In this document: positions 44,165 through 53,472 of the stretch, in pieces
How positions within the stretch are numbered: the stretch's first letter is position 1
Layout: each line of letters starts with the position of its first letter
NCBI GenBank assembly: GCA_036625225.1
Contig: JAZKUF010000005.1
Span: 35,553-99,552 of the forward strand
Reading direction: 5' to 3'
DNA: 64,000 nucleotides
Origin: Candidatus Accumulibacter jenkinsii
GTDB lineage: Bacteria; Pseudomonadota; Gammaproteobacteria; Burkholderiales; Rhodocyclaceae
Translations under genes and position numbers: made by a program
Notes under the pieces: generated by a model
The model's input: only the letters and a program-made list of their open reading frames with translations
The model's database searches: none
Told to the model about the DNA's origin: nothing

Positions 44165-44274
44165 ACCTTTCCCCGCTCGCCGGGGCTTGGAATCCCCCCG
44201 TGCGCCCTATGCCCCCGCTCCTGTCAAATCTGGGTAACAGGACTTCAAAGCTCAAAAACATTCACCGTAATATG

Positions 44275-44497
44275 CGGCATTATGGAGCAGCCACCCCAAC
44301 TCATTGAATCATGGACTTACAGCACCGATGGATGGTGCCAACGGCTGAAAAAGACGGCAAAACCAGCCATCAGCGTGTCAATGGCATGAGCGGACGCGGG
44401 TTGCGACTTGGTTCGGCCCTCTGGCGGCAAGCACCAGACCAGTGTGGCTTGCGTAACTCATTGATTTTTGGCATGGGGTTTTAGCTCCATAATGCCG
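44275..44497. mobile_element. 223-bp MITE-like insertion with 14-bp perfect terminal inverted repeats and an 8-bp target-site duplication
   Basis: TIRs are CGGCATTATGGAGC (44275-44288) and GCTCCATAATGCCG (44484-44497). Flanking direct repeat GTAATATG lies at 44267-44274 and 44498-44505. The uninterrupted homologous site is in the left arm (reverse complement of ~13790-13800). No ORF inside. Confidence 0.7.
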
Positions 44498-44689
44498 GTA
44501 ATATGGCAGCGGGAGAGGTAAACCGCCAATACAACTTATTGATAGCAGCGACTGGGATGCCCGCTGGGGATGGCCGGGGCTCCCGAAGCAAAGATCAACC
44601 CCGAGCTCCTAAAGGGCAGCCTGACGAACCCGAAAATTCGTCTCATAACTAACGCACAACGTTTAATTTATAACGCTTTTCCTCCATTT

Positions 44690-44715
44690 CCAGTCATTAT
44701 TTTTCTAATGACTGG
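44690..44715. promoter_or_regulatory. Perfect 10-bp-arm palindrome, paralogue of 13584-13607
   Basis: CCAGTCATTA-tttttc-TAATGACTGG. Confidence 0.35.
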
Positions 44716-45084
44716 AAACCGGGACGAGCCGCGAGAAATGGCCACGAGCGGCGCCGGAACCGCGCCGGCGGCGTGGAACAAAAGCGAAAAACGACAGAAA
44801 TGTTTATAAAAAACAGATGGATGACTACTATTAAAGAGCCGAAAATTGTTTCACGGCCGGCACGAGGGGGAGGAACACACGCTGGGTCTCTGTCATTTGG
44901 GGGGAGAAACGGGCGGTGGGGCAGCTGTTTCGAACCGACAGTGAGGAACGAAGGGCTTCGCTCGCGCCCCTCCACGACATGACCTGAGCGCCGGTCAACG
45001 CATGCGGCGAATGGGTTGATTTATCACCGCTGGATATGCGGCGATTGTCTTGACTCTGCCCAGATTGACCCGCACAATTCCCGC

Positions 45085-46215
45085 ATGAATGACGGAATCA
45101 AGCGCTTCATCTGGCAGCAGGACGATTGGCCGCACTGGCGTTTCGACCATGAGAGGCTGGCGCAGCCACTGGCCCGGGTGCATCAGTCGCAGGGCCGCCT
45201 GCTCGGGCGCCTGCAGGATCTCGGCATCGGGCTGCGCGAGCAGGCCAGCCTCCAGGTATGGACCCAAGACGTACTCAAGACGAGCGAGATCGAGGGGGAA
45301 ACACTCAACCCCGATTCGGTTCGCTCGTCGCTCGCCCGCCGGTTGGGGATGGACATCGGTGCTTTGGCTCCCGCCGACCGGAATGTCGAAGGCGTCATCG
45401 ACATGGTCCTCGATGCCACGCAGCAGCACGCCAGTGAGTTGACGCCCCAGCGCCTGTTCGGCTGGCATGCCGCACTGTTCCCGACCGGCTACAGCGGACT
45501 GGCCAGGATCCGTGTCGGCGCCTGGCGTGACGACGCGCTGGGACCGATGCAAGTCGTCTCCGGCCCCCTGGGCCGACAGAAGGTGCACTACGAGGCCCCG
45601 CCGGCCGATTCGCTGGCGGCCGGAATGTCGGACTTCCTGCGCTGGTTCAACAGCGATCAGCCCCTCGATCCGGTGATCCAGGCGGGACTGGCCCATCTGT
45701 GGCTGGTGACGCTCCATCCTTTCGACGATGGCAACGGGCGCATCGCACGAGCCGTGGGGGACATGGCCCTGGCACGAGCCGAGCGCTCGACGCAGCGCTT
45801 CTACAGCGTGTCGGCCCAGCTGCAACGCGAACGTCGGGATTATTACGACCGGCTGGAGCGCACTCAGCGGGGAACCCTTGAGGTGACCGACTGGCTGGAA
45901 GGGTTCGTCGGCTGCCTGCAGCGGGCCATTGATGGTGCCGAAGAGACGCTGGCTGCGGTGCTCGCCAAGGCCAGCTTCTGGCAGCGCTGGGCGGGTACGC
46001 CGATGAATGAGCGGCAAATCAAACTGCTCAACCGGCTGCTCGATGGGTTCGAAGGCAAGCTGACCAGTGGCAAGTGGGCCGTGATCGCCAAGTGTTCCTC
46101 CGATACGGCGCTGCGGGATATTCACGAGTTGCTGGCACGCGGTGTCCTGATGAAATCGGATGCCGCTGGGCGCAGCACGAGCTACGCGTTGACGCCGCCT
46201 GGAAGGGGGTCGTGA
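45085..46215 (+). CDS. Fic-family protein (AMPylase-type) with DUF4172-like N-terminus
   Basis: Fic motif 'HPFDDGNGRIARA'. N-terminus 'FIWQQDDWPHWRFD'. Confidence 0.85.
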   Translation: MNDGIKRFIWQQDDWPHWRFDHERLAQPLARVHQSQGRLLGRLQDLGIGLREQASLQVWTQDVLKTSEIEGETLNPDSVRSSLARRLGMDIGALAPADRNVEGVIDMVLDATQQHASELTPQRLFGWHAALFPTGYSGLARIRVGAWRDDALGPMQVVSGPLGRQKVHYEAPPADSLAAGMSDFLRWFNSDQPLDPVIQAGLAHLWLVTLHPFDDGNGRIARAVGDMALARAERSTQRFYSVSAQLQRERRDYYDRLERTQRGTLEVTDWLEGFVGCLQRAIDGAEETLAAVLAKASFWQRWAGTPMNERQIKLLNRLLDGFEGKLTSGKWAVIAKCSSDTALRDIHELLARGVLMKSDAAGRSTSYALTPPGRGS

Positions 46216-46329
46216 CCGCCCAAGGCCGGCGGGCCGAGGATTCCTAACCCCTGACGGCGACATTGCCGCGATCGCCGTCTCGCGGAGGTTCATCGTGGCG
46301 TCACGCGACACGGTTCCCCATGAGGGCAG

Positions 46330-46990
46330 CCCGCGTCACCCTCGTCAATTCCTGGGAAGGTCGCGCGATCCAGAGGCTGCTTGAGGGCACCACTTCTTCA
46401 ACCCCAATCAAATGGACGGAATTTTCTGGGGTTCCGGCTTACAGCCCCCTGCTGTGCGCAAGGGTGACCCCGTCGTCACCGGGACGGCGATCCTCGCGCG
46501 GGAAGAACACCCCCCGGTCGGGGAGGAGGCCATTGAATGGCGATTGCTGACCAATCGGACGGCGGAAACACTGGAAGATATCGTGCAACTCATCGATTGG
46601 TACCGTCGTCGCTGGCTGGTGGAAATTTTTTCCGAATTTGGAAATCGGGCTGTAAGGTCGAAGCCCTGCAACTGGGAACACTGGAGCGGCTGGAACGAGC
46701 CCTGGTCATTTACCTGATCATCGCCTGGCGCATTCTGTACCTGGTGACCTGGGGCCGGGAGTGCCCTGCCTTGCCGTGTGAGGTGGTGTTTGATCGCGAG
46801 GAGTAGCAAGCCGCGTGGATCGTCGCCTATCGGCGCCGACCGCCGGACACGCCGCCGCCCCTGGGCCAGATGGTGCGGCTGATTGCCGAGTTTGGCGGCT
46901 TCCTCGGCCGAAAGCACGATGGTCATCCGTGTCCTTCCGGCAAGATTGCATGAAATCGCTGGACGTCCTTGGTAAGGTTGGCTGCGAATT
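46330..46990 (+). pseudogene. C-terminal remnant of an IS4-family (Tn5/IS50-like) transposase, frameshifted
   Basis: Pieces lie in three frames: 'EEAIEWRLLTNRTAETLEDIVQLIDWYRRRWLVEIF', 'KSGCKVEALQLGTLERLERALVIYLIIAWRILYL', '...LIAEFGGFLGRKHDGHP'. Confidence 0.55.
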
Positions 46991-47011
46991 CAACCTGAAG
47001 AGGAGCGGCAG

Positions 47012-47440
47012 ATGGACAACCTGGAGAAGGTGGCGGCAGTAGGTTCTGGCGAGAGCCTGGCGGAGGTACGGGAGCGGTTCAAGGGCTGGCGTGAAACGCG
47101 GGGACGCGGGGAGCACATTCCTCGATCGTTGTGGGCGGCGGCGGTTGGCATCGCACGAGAACACGGCCTGCACGTCACCGCGCGGGAACTCCAGCTGAAT
47201 TATGAAGGGTTGAAGCGGCGCCAGCAGGGGCAGGCCGGGGGGGCGCTCGGGACCAGGGGAAATGAAACCCGGTTCGTCGAATTGACGGTGTCGCCCGCCC
47301 AGGAGCCCGTCGCTCAGCGCCTCTGCGAGTGCACGATAGAACTCGAGAACCCACGCGGCGCCAAGATGCGGGTGGAACTCAATGGCCCGGGCCTGGCCGG
47401 TCTCGCCGGCCTGTGCAGCGCCTTCTGGTGCGCCGCATGA
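47012..47440 (+). CDS. tnpA: IS66-family accessory protein TnpA (orf1)
   Basis: Precedes and overlaps tnpB (ATGA). C-terminal 'RFVELTV...CTIELENPRGAKMRVELNG' resembles IS66 orf1 proteins. Confidence 0.55.
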   Translation: MDNLEKVAAVGSGESLAEVRERFKGWRETRGRGEHIPRSLWAAAVGIAREHGLHVTARELQLNYEGLKRRQQGQAGGALGTRGNETRFVELTVSPAQEPVAQRLCECTIELENPRGAKMRVELNGPGLAGLAGLCSAFWCAA

Positions 47441-47790
47441 TCCAGATCACGCCGCACATGCGTCTCCTGGTCGCGGTCGAACCGATCGATTTTCGGGCCG
47501 GCATCGATGGGCTGGCCGGCATCTGCCGGCAGCGCCTGGCGGCCGATCCGTTCAGCGGCGGGCTGTTCATCTTCCGCAACCGCGCACGGACAGCGATCAA
47601 GATTCTGGTCTACGATGGCCAGGGTTTCTGGCTCTGCCAGAAGCGTCTGTCGAGTGGCCGGTTTGCCTTCTGGCCCGATGGTACGGCGCCGCTCCAGCCG
47701 CTTCAGGCTTGCGAGCTGCAGGTGCTGCTGATGGCCGGCGACCCCACGCGGACCCGCGCGGCGCCGGCCTGGCGCCGCCTCGCGGCGTAG
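47437..47790 (+). CDS. tnpB: IS66-family TnpB (orf2)
   Basis: 'MRLLVAVEPIDFRAGIDGLAGICRQRLAADPFSGGLFIFRNRARTAIKILVYDGQGFWLCQKRLSSGRFAFWP' is the canonical IS66 Orf2 sequence pattern. Confidence 0.85.
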   Translation: MIQITPHMRLLVAVEPIDFRAGIDGLAGICRQRLAADPFSGGLFIFRNRARTAIKILVYDGQGFWLCQKRLSSGRFAFWPDGTAPLQPLQACELQVLLMAGDPTRTRAAPAWRRLAA

Positions 47791-47926
47791 GGTCGCCAGC
47801 GCTCAGGTGATTTCAGGAAATTCCTCTACCCGCCAAGCCGAGGAAGCAGGCGGCCACAGGCGGATGCATCTACCCGCTTCTCCACGATTAGGCAGAATAC
47901 CGGTACGAGGTTTGTTGGAAATCGCC

Positions 47927-49561
47927 TCAGGTGGCGGCAAGTTGCTGGTGGTAATTCCAGGGCAGCCACTGCGCCGCCTGGGCCAGCACCTGGCTGACGT
48001 TTTTGTGCAAGGCCTGCAGATAGGCGAACGGATTGACCCGACAGAGCTCGCACGTATGGATCAGGCTCATGTAGACGTCCCCCACCTCGGCCCCCTTCGG
48101 GGTCTTGTAGAACATCGAATTCTTGCGATGCATGATCGCCCGCTTGAGTGCCCTTTCGGCGAGGTTGTTGTCCAGGGGGGCGCCGGCCTGGCGTAGAAAG
48201 AGCGTCATGCCGTCCCAGTGCTTGATCAGATAGGTCAGGGCCTTGCCCAGACTGCTGTGCGGCTCGACAAGAGACTTCGCGAACTGATCCCCGATCCAGT
48301 CACGCATGGCCTGCATCGGCGGGCCGCTGTGTTCCTGGTGGTAGAGCAGGCGCTCGTCGGGCGACATCGCTTTCGCCTGGCAATGCGCCTCGTGGGCATA
48401 GACCTGGGCCAGGGTCTCGATCACATAGCGGCAGTGCTCGGGGAAATGCGGCACCAGATCGACAAAACGGCGGCGGCCATGAGCGATGCATTTGCCGATG
48501 ATCGTCGCGAACTCGCCGACGAAGTTGCTCGCGAGCGCATCGCTCATCTGCATCGGGATTGCCAGCCCCGGCTCCCGCTTCGCGAGGACCGCCGAGAGGT
48601 TCTGCCCGGCGTGGGGGTGACCGGTGAAATACAGCGCCACGTGCTTGCCCTCATCGAGCACGGCGACGATGCTGGAAGTATTGATCGCCTTGCGCTTCGC
48701 TTCCAGGCTGGCGGCTTCGATCTGCTTCCTCTCGGCGATCAGCGACAGGATCTTCATCGGGGTGTCGTCGCAGTGCAGCAGATCAGCCTGTCCGGCCTCG
48801 CGAATCAGCTCGTCGAAGACGGCGCGCGGCGCCGGTACCGCCTGAGAGAGGATGTCCCACTGCGTCGAATCCGGTAGTGGCACGTTGAGGCTCGCCTGCA
48901 GCCCTTCGATGCGATGGAACGGCATCCCGCTGCCGTAGCGCAACTGGGCGAGCAGGCTCGCACAGCTGGGGTCATATTTCGACGCGCAGACGCCTTCGGG
49001 CAGCGGCGCCACGTAGGTCGTCTCGCACATCCGGCAGCGCAGGGTTTCCAGGCGGTAGATCGTGGCGTCAATCGGTGGCTGGCCGACCACTTTGACGACG
49101 ATGCGGGGAGGCGAGGCATAGACCTTGGCCTGGTCGCAGTTCGGGCAGGGATCGCCGGCCTTCAGACCCGGAAGCTTCACTTCGATGACCTGCGAATCGA
49201 CATACTTCGCCGCGCTATTGCGGCCGTGGCCTGGCTTCGGGGGACTCGCTTCGGCGGGCGCGGTCTCTCCGGCCGCGGTCTCTCCGGGCGCGGCCGCATC
49301 CGCAGCGGCGGGTATTTCGTCCGTCTGGGGGAGCGGCTTTAGGAGATGGCGTTTGCTCTCGGTCGGGGCGCCGAACACCATCTGTCGAAAACGCGCCAGC
49401 GAGAGCTTCGTGTTCTGCAGGGCCTGCATGACGAAGACAAAGGTCGAGAGGATCTGGCTGAGCCGGGCGTACTGCGGGGCCGGAAACACCGGTTTCGCGA
49501 GGGCCAGCAGTTCGTCGATCTGCGCTGGCGTGACATCGACCTGTTCAGGCGGTTTCTTCAT
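47927..49561 (-). CDS. tnpC: IS66-family transposase TnpC, on the opposite strand to the tnpA-tnpB pair
   Basis: Zn-finger 'CPNCDQ...CRMCET', then DDE_Tnp_IS66-type body ('LLHCDDTPMKIL', 'ALYFTGHPHAGQNL', 'MSDALASNF', 'CIAHGRRRFVD', 'DNNLAERALKRAIMHRKNSMFYKT'). Confidence 0.85.
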   Translation of the reverse strand: MKKPPEQVDVTPAQIDELLALAKPVFPAPQYARLSQILSTFVFVMQALQNTKLSLARFRQMVFGAPTESKRHLLKPLPQTDEIPAAADAAAPGETAAGETAPAEASPPKPGHGRNSAAKYVDSQVIEVKLPGLKAGDPCPNCDQAKVYASPPRIVVKVVGQPPIDATIYRLETLRCRMCETTYVAPLPEGVCASKYDPSCASLLAQLRYGSGMPFHRIEGLQASLNVPLPDSTQWDILSQAVPAPRAVFDELIREAGQADLLHCDDTPMKILSLIAERKQIEAASLEAKRKAINTSSIVAVLDEGKHVALYFTGHPHAGQNLSAVLAKREPGLAIPMQMSDALASNFVGEFATIIGKCIAHGRRRFVDLVPHFPEHCRYVIETLAQVYAHEAHCQAKAMSPDERLLYHQEHSGPPMQAMRDWIGDQFAKSLVEPHSSLGKALTYLIKHWDGMTLFLRQAGAPLDNNLAERALKRAIMHRKNSMFYKTPKGAEVGDVYMSLIHTCELCRVNPFAYLQALHKNVSQVLAQAAQWLPWNYHQQLAAT

Positions 49562-49776
49562 GCGAGCGCTGATCGCCGCGGGCGACAGTCCTTGACCCAC
49601 GGATAGCCCAGGTTCCACCCTTCACACCCCGGCTTCGACCCGGTCTTGCGACTCGACGCCGGATGATCGGCGATCGACGGGCGGATGAAGACGAGATCGT
49701 CTTCGGAAATCTGCCGGTGTCGGTCCCTCGGGGGCGTGTGCATGTGCCGCACCATACCCGATTTGAGCGTGGAACG

Positions 49777-51768
49777 TCAGCTGAAAGTGCAAATATTTGA
49801 TCGCGGGAGGCTTCCGGCGGCCTTGTCCAGGGCGTTTTGCAGCTTTGCCGGAGGGACACAGCCGATGATGCCGGCAAACAGGATCTTCCTTGCCGGCCTG
49901 GCGCGCTGGTACTTGACTTGCCAATGCTCGAATTCGTCGAGGAAGTTCGTGGCATGATCGACCGTCGCCAGCATCTCCAGTAGGGAGATGTATTTTTTGT
50001 CTGGGAAGAAGGCTCCCAGGGACAAGCATTCCACCTCCTCCTTCTTGGGCGTACCGACATGGAAGCTGCCGTTGGGGCGAATGCTCAGGTACGGATTTTC
50101 ACCGGAACTGAGGTTCTGGTTGGTTTCCTGGAACCGAGCATCAAGAGCCAGATCAAGTGCACTCAAGGTGGCTTTGTAGTGGGCGAACCCCTCAAGCTGG
50201 GCGCGTTGAAGGTACTCGGCCCGACGAGCTTCCCAATCGGCCTTCGGGATCAGGTATTCGTCGAGGGAGCGATATTTCTCCGAATGGAGCAGATTCAGCG
50301 CGCCGGATTTGATGGCGTCGGCGATCTCAACAAAGAGGATTGCCTTGTACAGTGAGACGCGGAACTTGCCATCCGGGGCGGTCAGTGCGGCGCGCTGTTC
50401 GTCGGAAAGAAAGTCTACGGGGGCGCTTTTGTCGACGTGGCCCTCCTTTTGCTGGTAATGGCGTAACGCATTCCACAAGGTAGGATTGCTGCAATTCGGC
50501 GCAAACTGTATCTGGCGCACGATCTCGGCGACCCGGTGTTGCAGCTTGAGGGAGCGAGATTCCAGGAGGGCGAAGTCGTCCAGCCCCTGCTGAAGCTTCA
50601 CCGCCTCTTGCTGTTCGGCCTGCGCCGGCTGGGCGGATTCCGACTTCAGCGCCACGTCGATCAAAGCAAGCTTCTGGCTGTCGCTCAGTTGTGCGTCGGC
50701 AACGATATGCCTGATGGTCGATAGCGTCTCCCGGACGTTTTTCCGAAGTTGTTCGACGAGCGCGGCGAAGGACTGGTTGCGCTGCTCGCGCTCTTGGAAA
50801 TAGAGGTCCTTTTGCTCCCTCGCGGCGGCATTGACTGCCGCTTGCACGGCGCTCAACAGCGTATCGATCAAGGTGTCGTTCAGTTTGAAAGTCTGATACA
50901 TGACGAAGGCAATCAGGAGCAGAAAGCGGTCTTCGTCAGCACGTCGCGAGATCTGCGGAATCTGGGCCTTGATGACCGAGTAGGCGTAGTAGCGAATGCA
51001 CTCGTAGCTCAAGCCCAGGCGCTGGATAACCGGTTTCAGTTCGAGATAGAGCGTCTGAACAATCCCCAAGTCTGCCAGATTGGCTCTGACTTTCGACGGC
51101 AGGGTGGATGGGTGAGGCTTTTTCAGCAACGTCAGGCGGTAGCGCCAGCTCTCACCTGTGCCGTTGCCGGGATCCTTTTCCAGCAATTCATTGAGCTTCG
51201 TGCGTTGATTTTCGTTGAGGCAATGGTCGATGATTTCGCTGAGCGTACGCTGCTGGCGATGGAGCGAAGAGACCATCAGATCAGCCAACACGTTGTAGCT
51301 GGGGATCTCTATCTTCTCTCGGGTCAGGAACTGGATGATGTCCAGCAGGACCAGTTTGGGCCGAAACTGGACGCGTATTCGGGTCGCAATCTCCCTGGCG
51401 GTGTTGATCTTCGCCGCTTCGTCGAACGGGCCGTAGCCAAAATAGCTCAGGATGACGCGCTGATGGCGGATAGATGTTGCCTTGTCGTAGGCCTCGACGC
51501 GAACCTCGTCCGGGTTGACACCGATCTGGCACGTGACGTACTCGATATCCCCTTGGCGGAATTGCAGGCCAAAGAATTTGCGCCGCGCCTTGAAGTACCC
51601 AGCAGCCAGCAGAAAACAGACTTTATTGGTGGGAGTGCGCAGGTTCACCATCGAGTCTTTGAGCAGCAACGGCAGGGAGAAGAAGCGCTTGCGCTCGGCG
51701 CTGTTGAACACCGGCGGAGACTCGAATGCTTCCTCCTCCAGCGTGTTGAAGATCTTCATTCTTGCCAT
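49777..51768 (-). pseudogene. tnpA: Tn3-family transposase, 3'-truncated (N-terminal ~660 aa only; DDE region missing)
   Basis: DUF4158-type N-terminus 'FNTLEEEAFESPPVFNSAERKRFFSLP...KVCFLLAAGYFKARRKFF'. Tn3 transposases run ~1000 aa. The frame ends next to the IS66 tnpC. Confidence 0.75.
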
Positions 51769-51806
51769 GGAAAGCGCTCACCGGGTGGAAAACATGCAGG
51801 GATCGT

Positions 51807-51869
51807 TTATACGATAAGGAAAATTAGGCGAAAAGGCTTGATATACCAATCGGTATGCTTATCGTATAA
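51807..51869. promoter_or_regulatory. res-like site between divergent tnpA and tnpR: 12-bp perfect inverted repeat enclosing a second palindrome
   Basis: TTATACGATAAG (51807-51818) and CTTATCGTATAA (51858-51869), with inner ATACC-aatc-GGTAT (51843-51856). Confidence 0.45.
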
Positions 51870-51904
51870 GCAGACAATTCCGGTATTCATCGAATGGCGT
51901 AACC

Positions 51905-52564
51905 ATGGCGACAAAAGCGCCTTCCCCTGCACGCAAAACAGTCGCTTATCTGCGGGTGTCGACGCTCGATCAGGACCTTGAGAAGAACAAGGCAGATATC
52001 CTGAGATTCGCCAACCCCCGTGATCTGGGCCAGGTGCATTTCGTCGAGGAGATCGCCTCCGGGCGAAAGTCGTGGCGGGACCGCCAGATCGCGCAGGTGC
52101 TAGAGGATCTGCAAAACGGGGATGCCCTCATCGTCTCGGAACTCTCGCGCTTGGGCCGCAGCATGCTCGAATGCATGGAGATTCTGGCGCTCGCGACACG
52201 CAAGGGAATCCGCGTCTACTCGGTGAAGGGCGGCTGGCAACTGGACCACAGCCTCCAGAGCAAGATCCTCGCGCTGGCGTTTTCGATGGCGGCAGAGATC
52301 GAACGCGATCTGATCTCGCAGCGCACCAAGGAAGCCCTGCGCTTCAAGAAAGCACAAGGCTTCACCCTCGGGCGGCCCAAAGGGCCAGGCAAAAGCAAGC
52401 TCGATGCTTTCCGGCCAGAAATCGAGAGCCTGTTGGCGAACGGCTCGACGCAGCGGTTCATCGCGCGCCGTTACCACACCACGGAAGCGAACCTCTACAA
52501 CTGGCTCAGGAAGCATGGGATGAAGACGGCAAAAATCCATCCGACAGCGCGCGAGTCAGGTTAA
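51905..52564 (+). CDS. tnpR: Serine recombinase / Tn3-family resolvase
   Basis: 'VAYLRVSTLDQDLEKNK' carries the catalytic Ser motif, followed by 'IVSELSRLGRS' and a C-terminal HTH. Confidence 0.85.
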   Translation: MATKAPSPARKTVAYLRVSTLDQDLEKNKADILRFANPRDLGQVHFVEEIASGRKSWRDRQIAQVLEDLQNGDALIVSELSRLGRSMLECMEILALATRKGIRVYSVKGGWQLDHSLQSKILALAFSMAAEIERDLISQRTKEALRFKKAQGFTLGRPKGPGKSKLDAFRPEIESLLANGSTQRFIARRYHTTEANLYNWLRKHGMKTAKIHPTARESG

Positions 52565-52649
52565 CAGGGGCTCGGCGCTGCGTGAGCAGGGAAATTCAGG
52601 GCGCGAACCGCTCCAAATCCTATGAAACTTTTGTGTCGTTTGTTTAGTT

Positions 52650-52790
52650 TTACCCGAAGCTGGTATCGCTGATCCCTTCCTGCGCGCAGAAGTCGGTTAC
52701 GCTTAATCCGCTGCCAGCAAATCGCGACAGCAACCCCTGCCAGTCGTCCGCACTGCGCCGCAACCGTAACTCTTGACCATTCTTCGACAT
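52650..52790 (-). pseudogene. 46-codon remnant of an IS66 orf1-like HTH protein
   Basis: RBS 'gaggagg' plus ATG. 'MSKNGQELRLRRSADDWQGLLSRFAGSGLSVTDFCAQEGISDTSFG' stops prematurely next to the resolvase 3' end. Confidence 0.35.
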
Positions 52791-52865
52791 CCTTGCCTCC
52801 TCGTTCCATGATCTGACGGACCTATTGTCGTCAGCATCAAGGCATCGAGGAAGAACGCCTCCAGG

Positions 52866-53381
52866 TTACCGGTTACCCATGTCCTGCGCCAGCGCCGCGC
52901 GCTGCTCTCCCGCGACGGCGACCACGGCTTCCTCCAGAGCCACATTGAGTCCCTGGTGGGCACCGTAGCTGGCGCCGACAAATGCCGACAGACCGCTCAA
53001 CTCCAGGAATTGGCACACCACCCGGACCCCCGCGCCGCCCTGCAGGGTGATGGTGAAGTGCGCTGCCAACACCAGCTGATGCAGCCACCGCACGCCTTCC
53101 GGGGTCTCCACCCAGGCCGCCAGGACCGCGGGGGGCGCGCCCGCCGCAACCGGCTTGCACCACTCCTGCAAGGTACTGCGTGCCAGGCCGAGGTCCTCGG
53201 CCACCTGCCGTTGCGGCTCTCCCGCCGCCAAGCGGACGGCAGCCTTCTCAAGCTTCTCCGCCCGTTCCAGGCGCGAGCGGCGCAGCTTGGGATGGCCACC
53301 GACCCTCAATGGCCGTACCGCGCGCAGTGACACCCGCCTCGTGTCTGGGCTATAGTCAGTCCCGGCAGGACGTTCGAGCAT
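52866..53381 (-). CDS. Transposase-like HTH protein (probable N-terminal fragment, family unassigned)
   Basis: RBS 'gagggag'. 'AAGEPQRQVAEDLGLARSTLQEWCK' is an HTH. No catalytic domain is present. Confidence 0.35.
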   Translation of the reverse strand: MLERPAGTDYSPDTRRVSLRAVRPLRVGGHPKLRRSRLERAEKLEKAAVRLAAGEPQRQVAEDLGLARSTLQEWCKPVAAGAPPAVLAAWVETPEGVRWLHQLVLAAHFTITLQGGAGVRVVCQFLELSGLSAFVGASYGAHQGLNVALEEAVVAVAGEQRAALAQDMGNR

Positions 53382-53472
53382 CTTCTTTCTCCCTCGGTTG
53401 GTTCGCACCCCAAGGGTACGGGATTTCGAGGGTCCTGCCACTCTCCCGCAGGGCTTTCACCCAGCGCAACAC

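Larger units (their letters stand above)
44040..44870. repeat. Right arm of the inverted duplication (partner 13441-14010), interrupted by a MITE
   Basis: See the left arm. Once 44275-44505 is removed, the two arms are collinear. Confidence 0.8.

Noticed and set aside
44995-46311. 438-aa minus-strand ORF.
   Set aside because: The plus-strand frame contains the exact Fic motif HPFDDGNGRIARA, so the minus ORF is an antisense shadow.
50749-51981. 410-aa plus-strand ORF.
   Set aside because: It is antisense to the Tn3-family transposase, whose DUF4158-type N-terminus is clear, and it runs through the res region.
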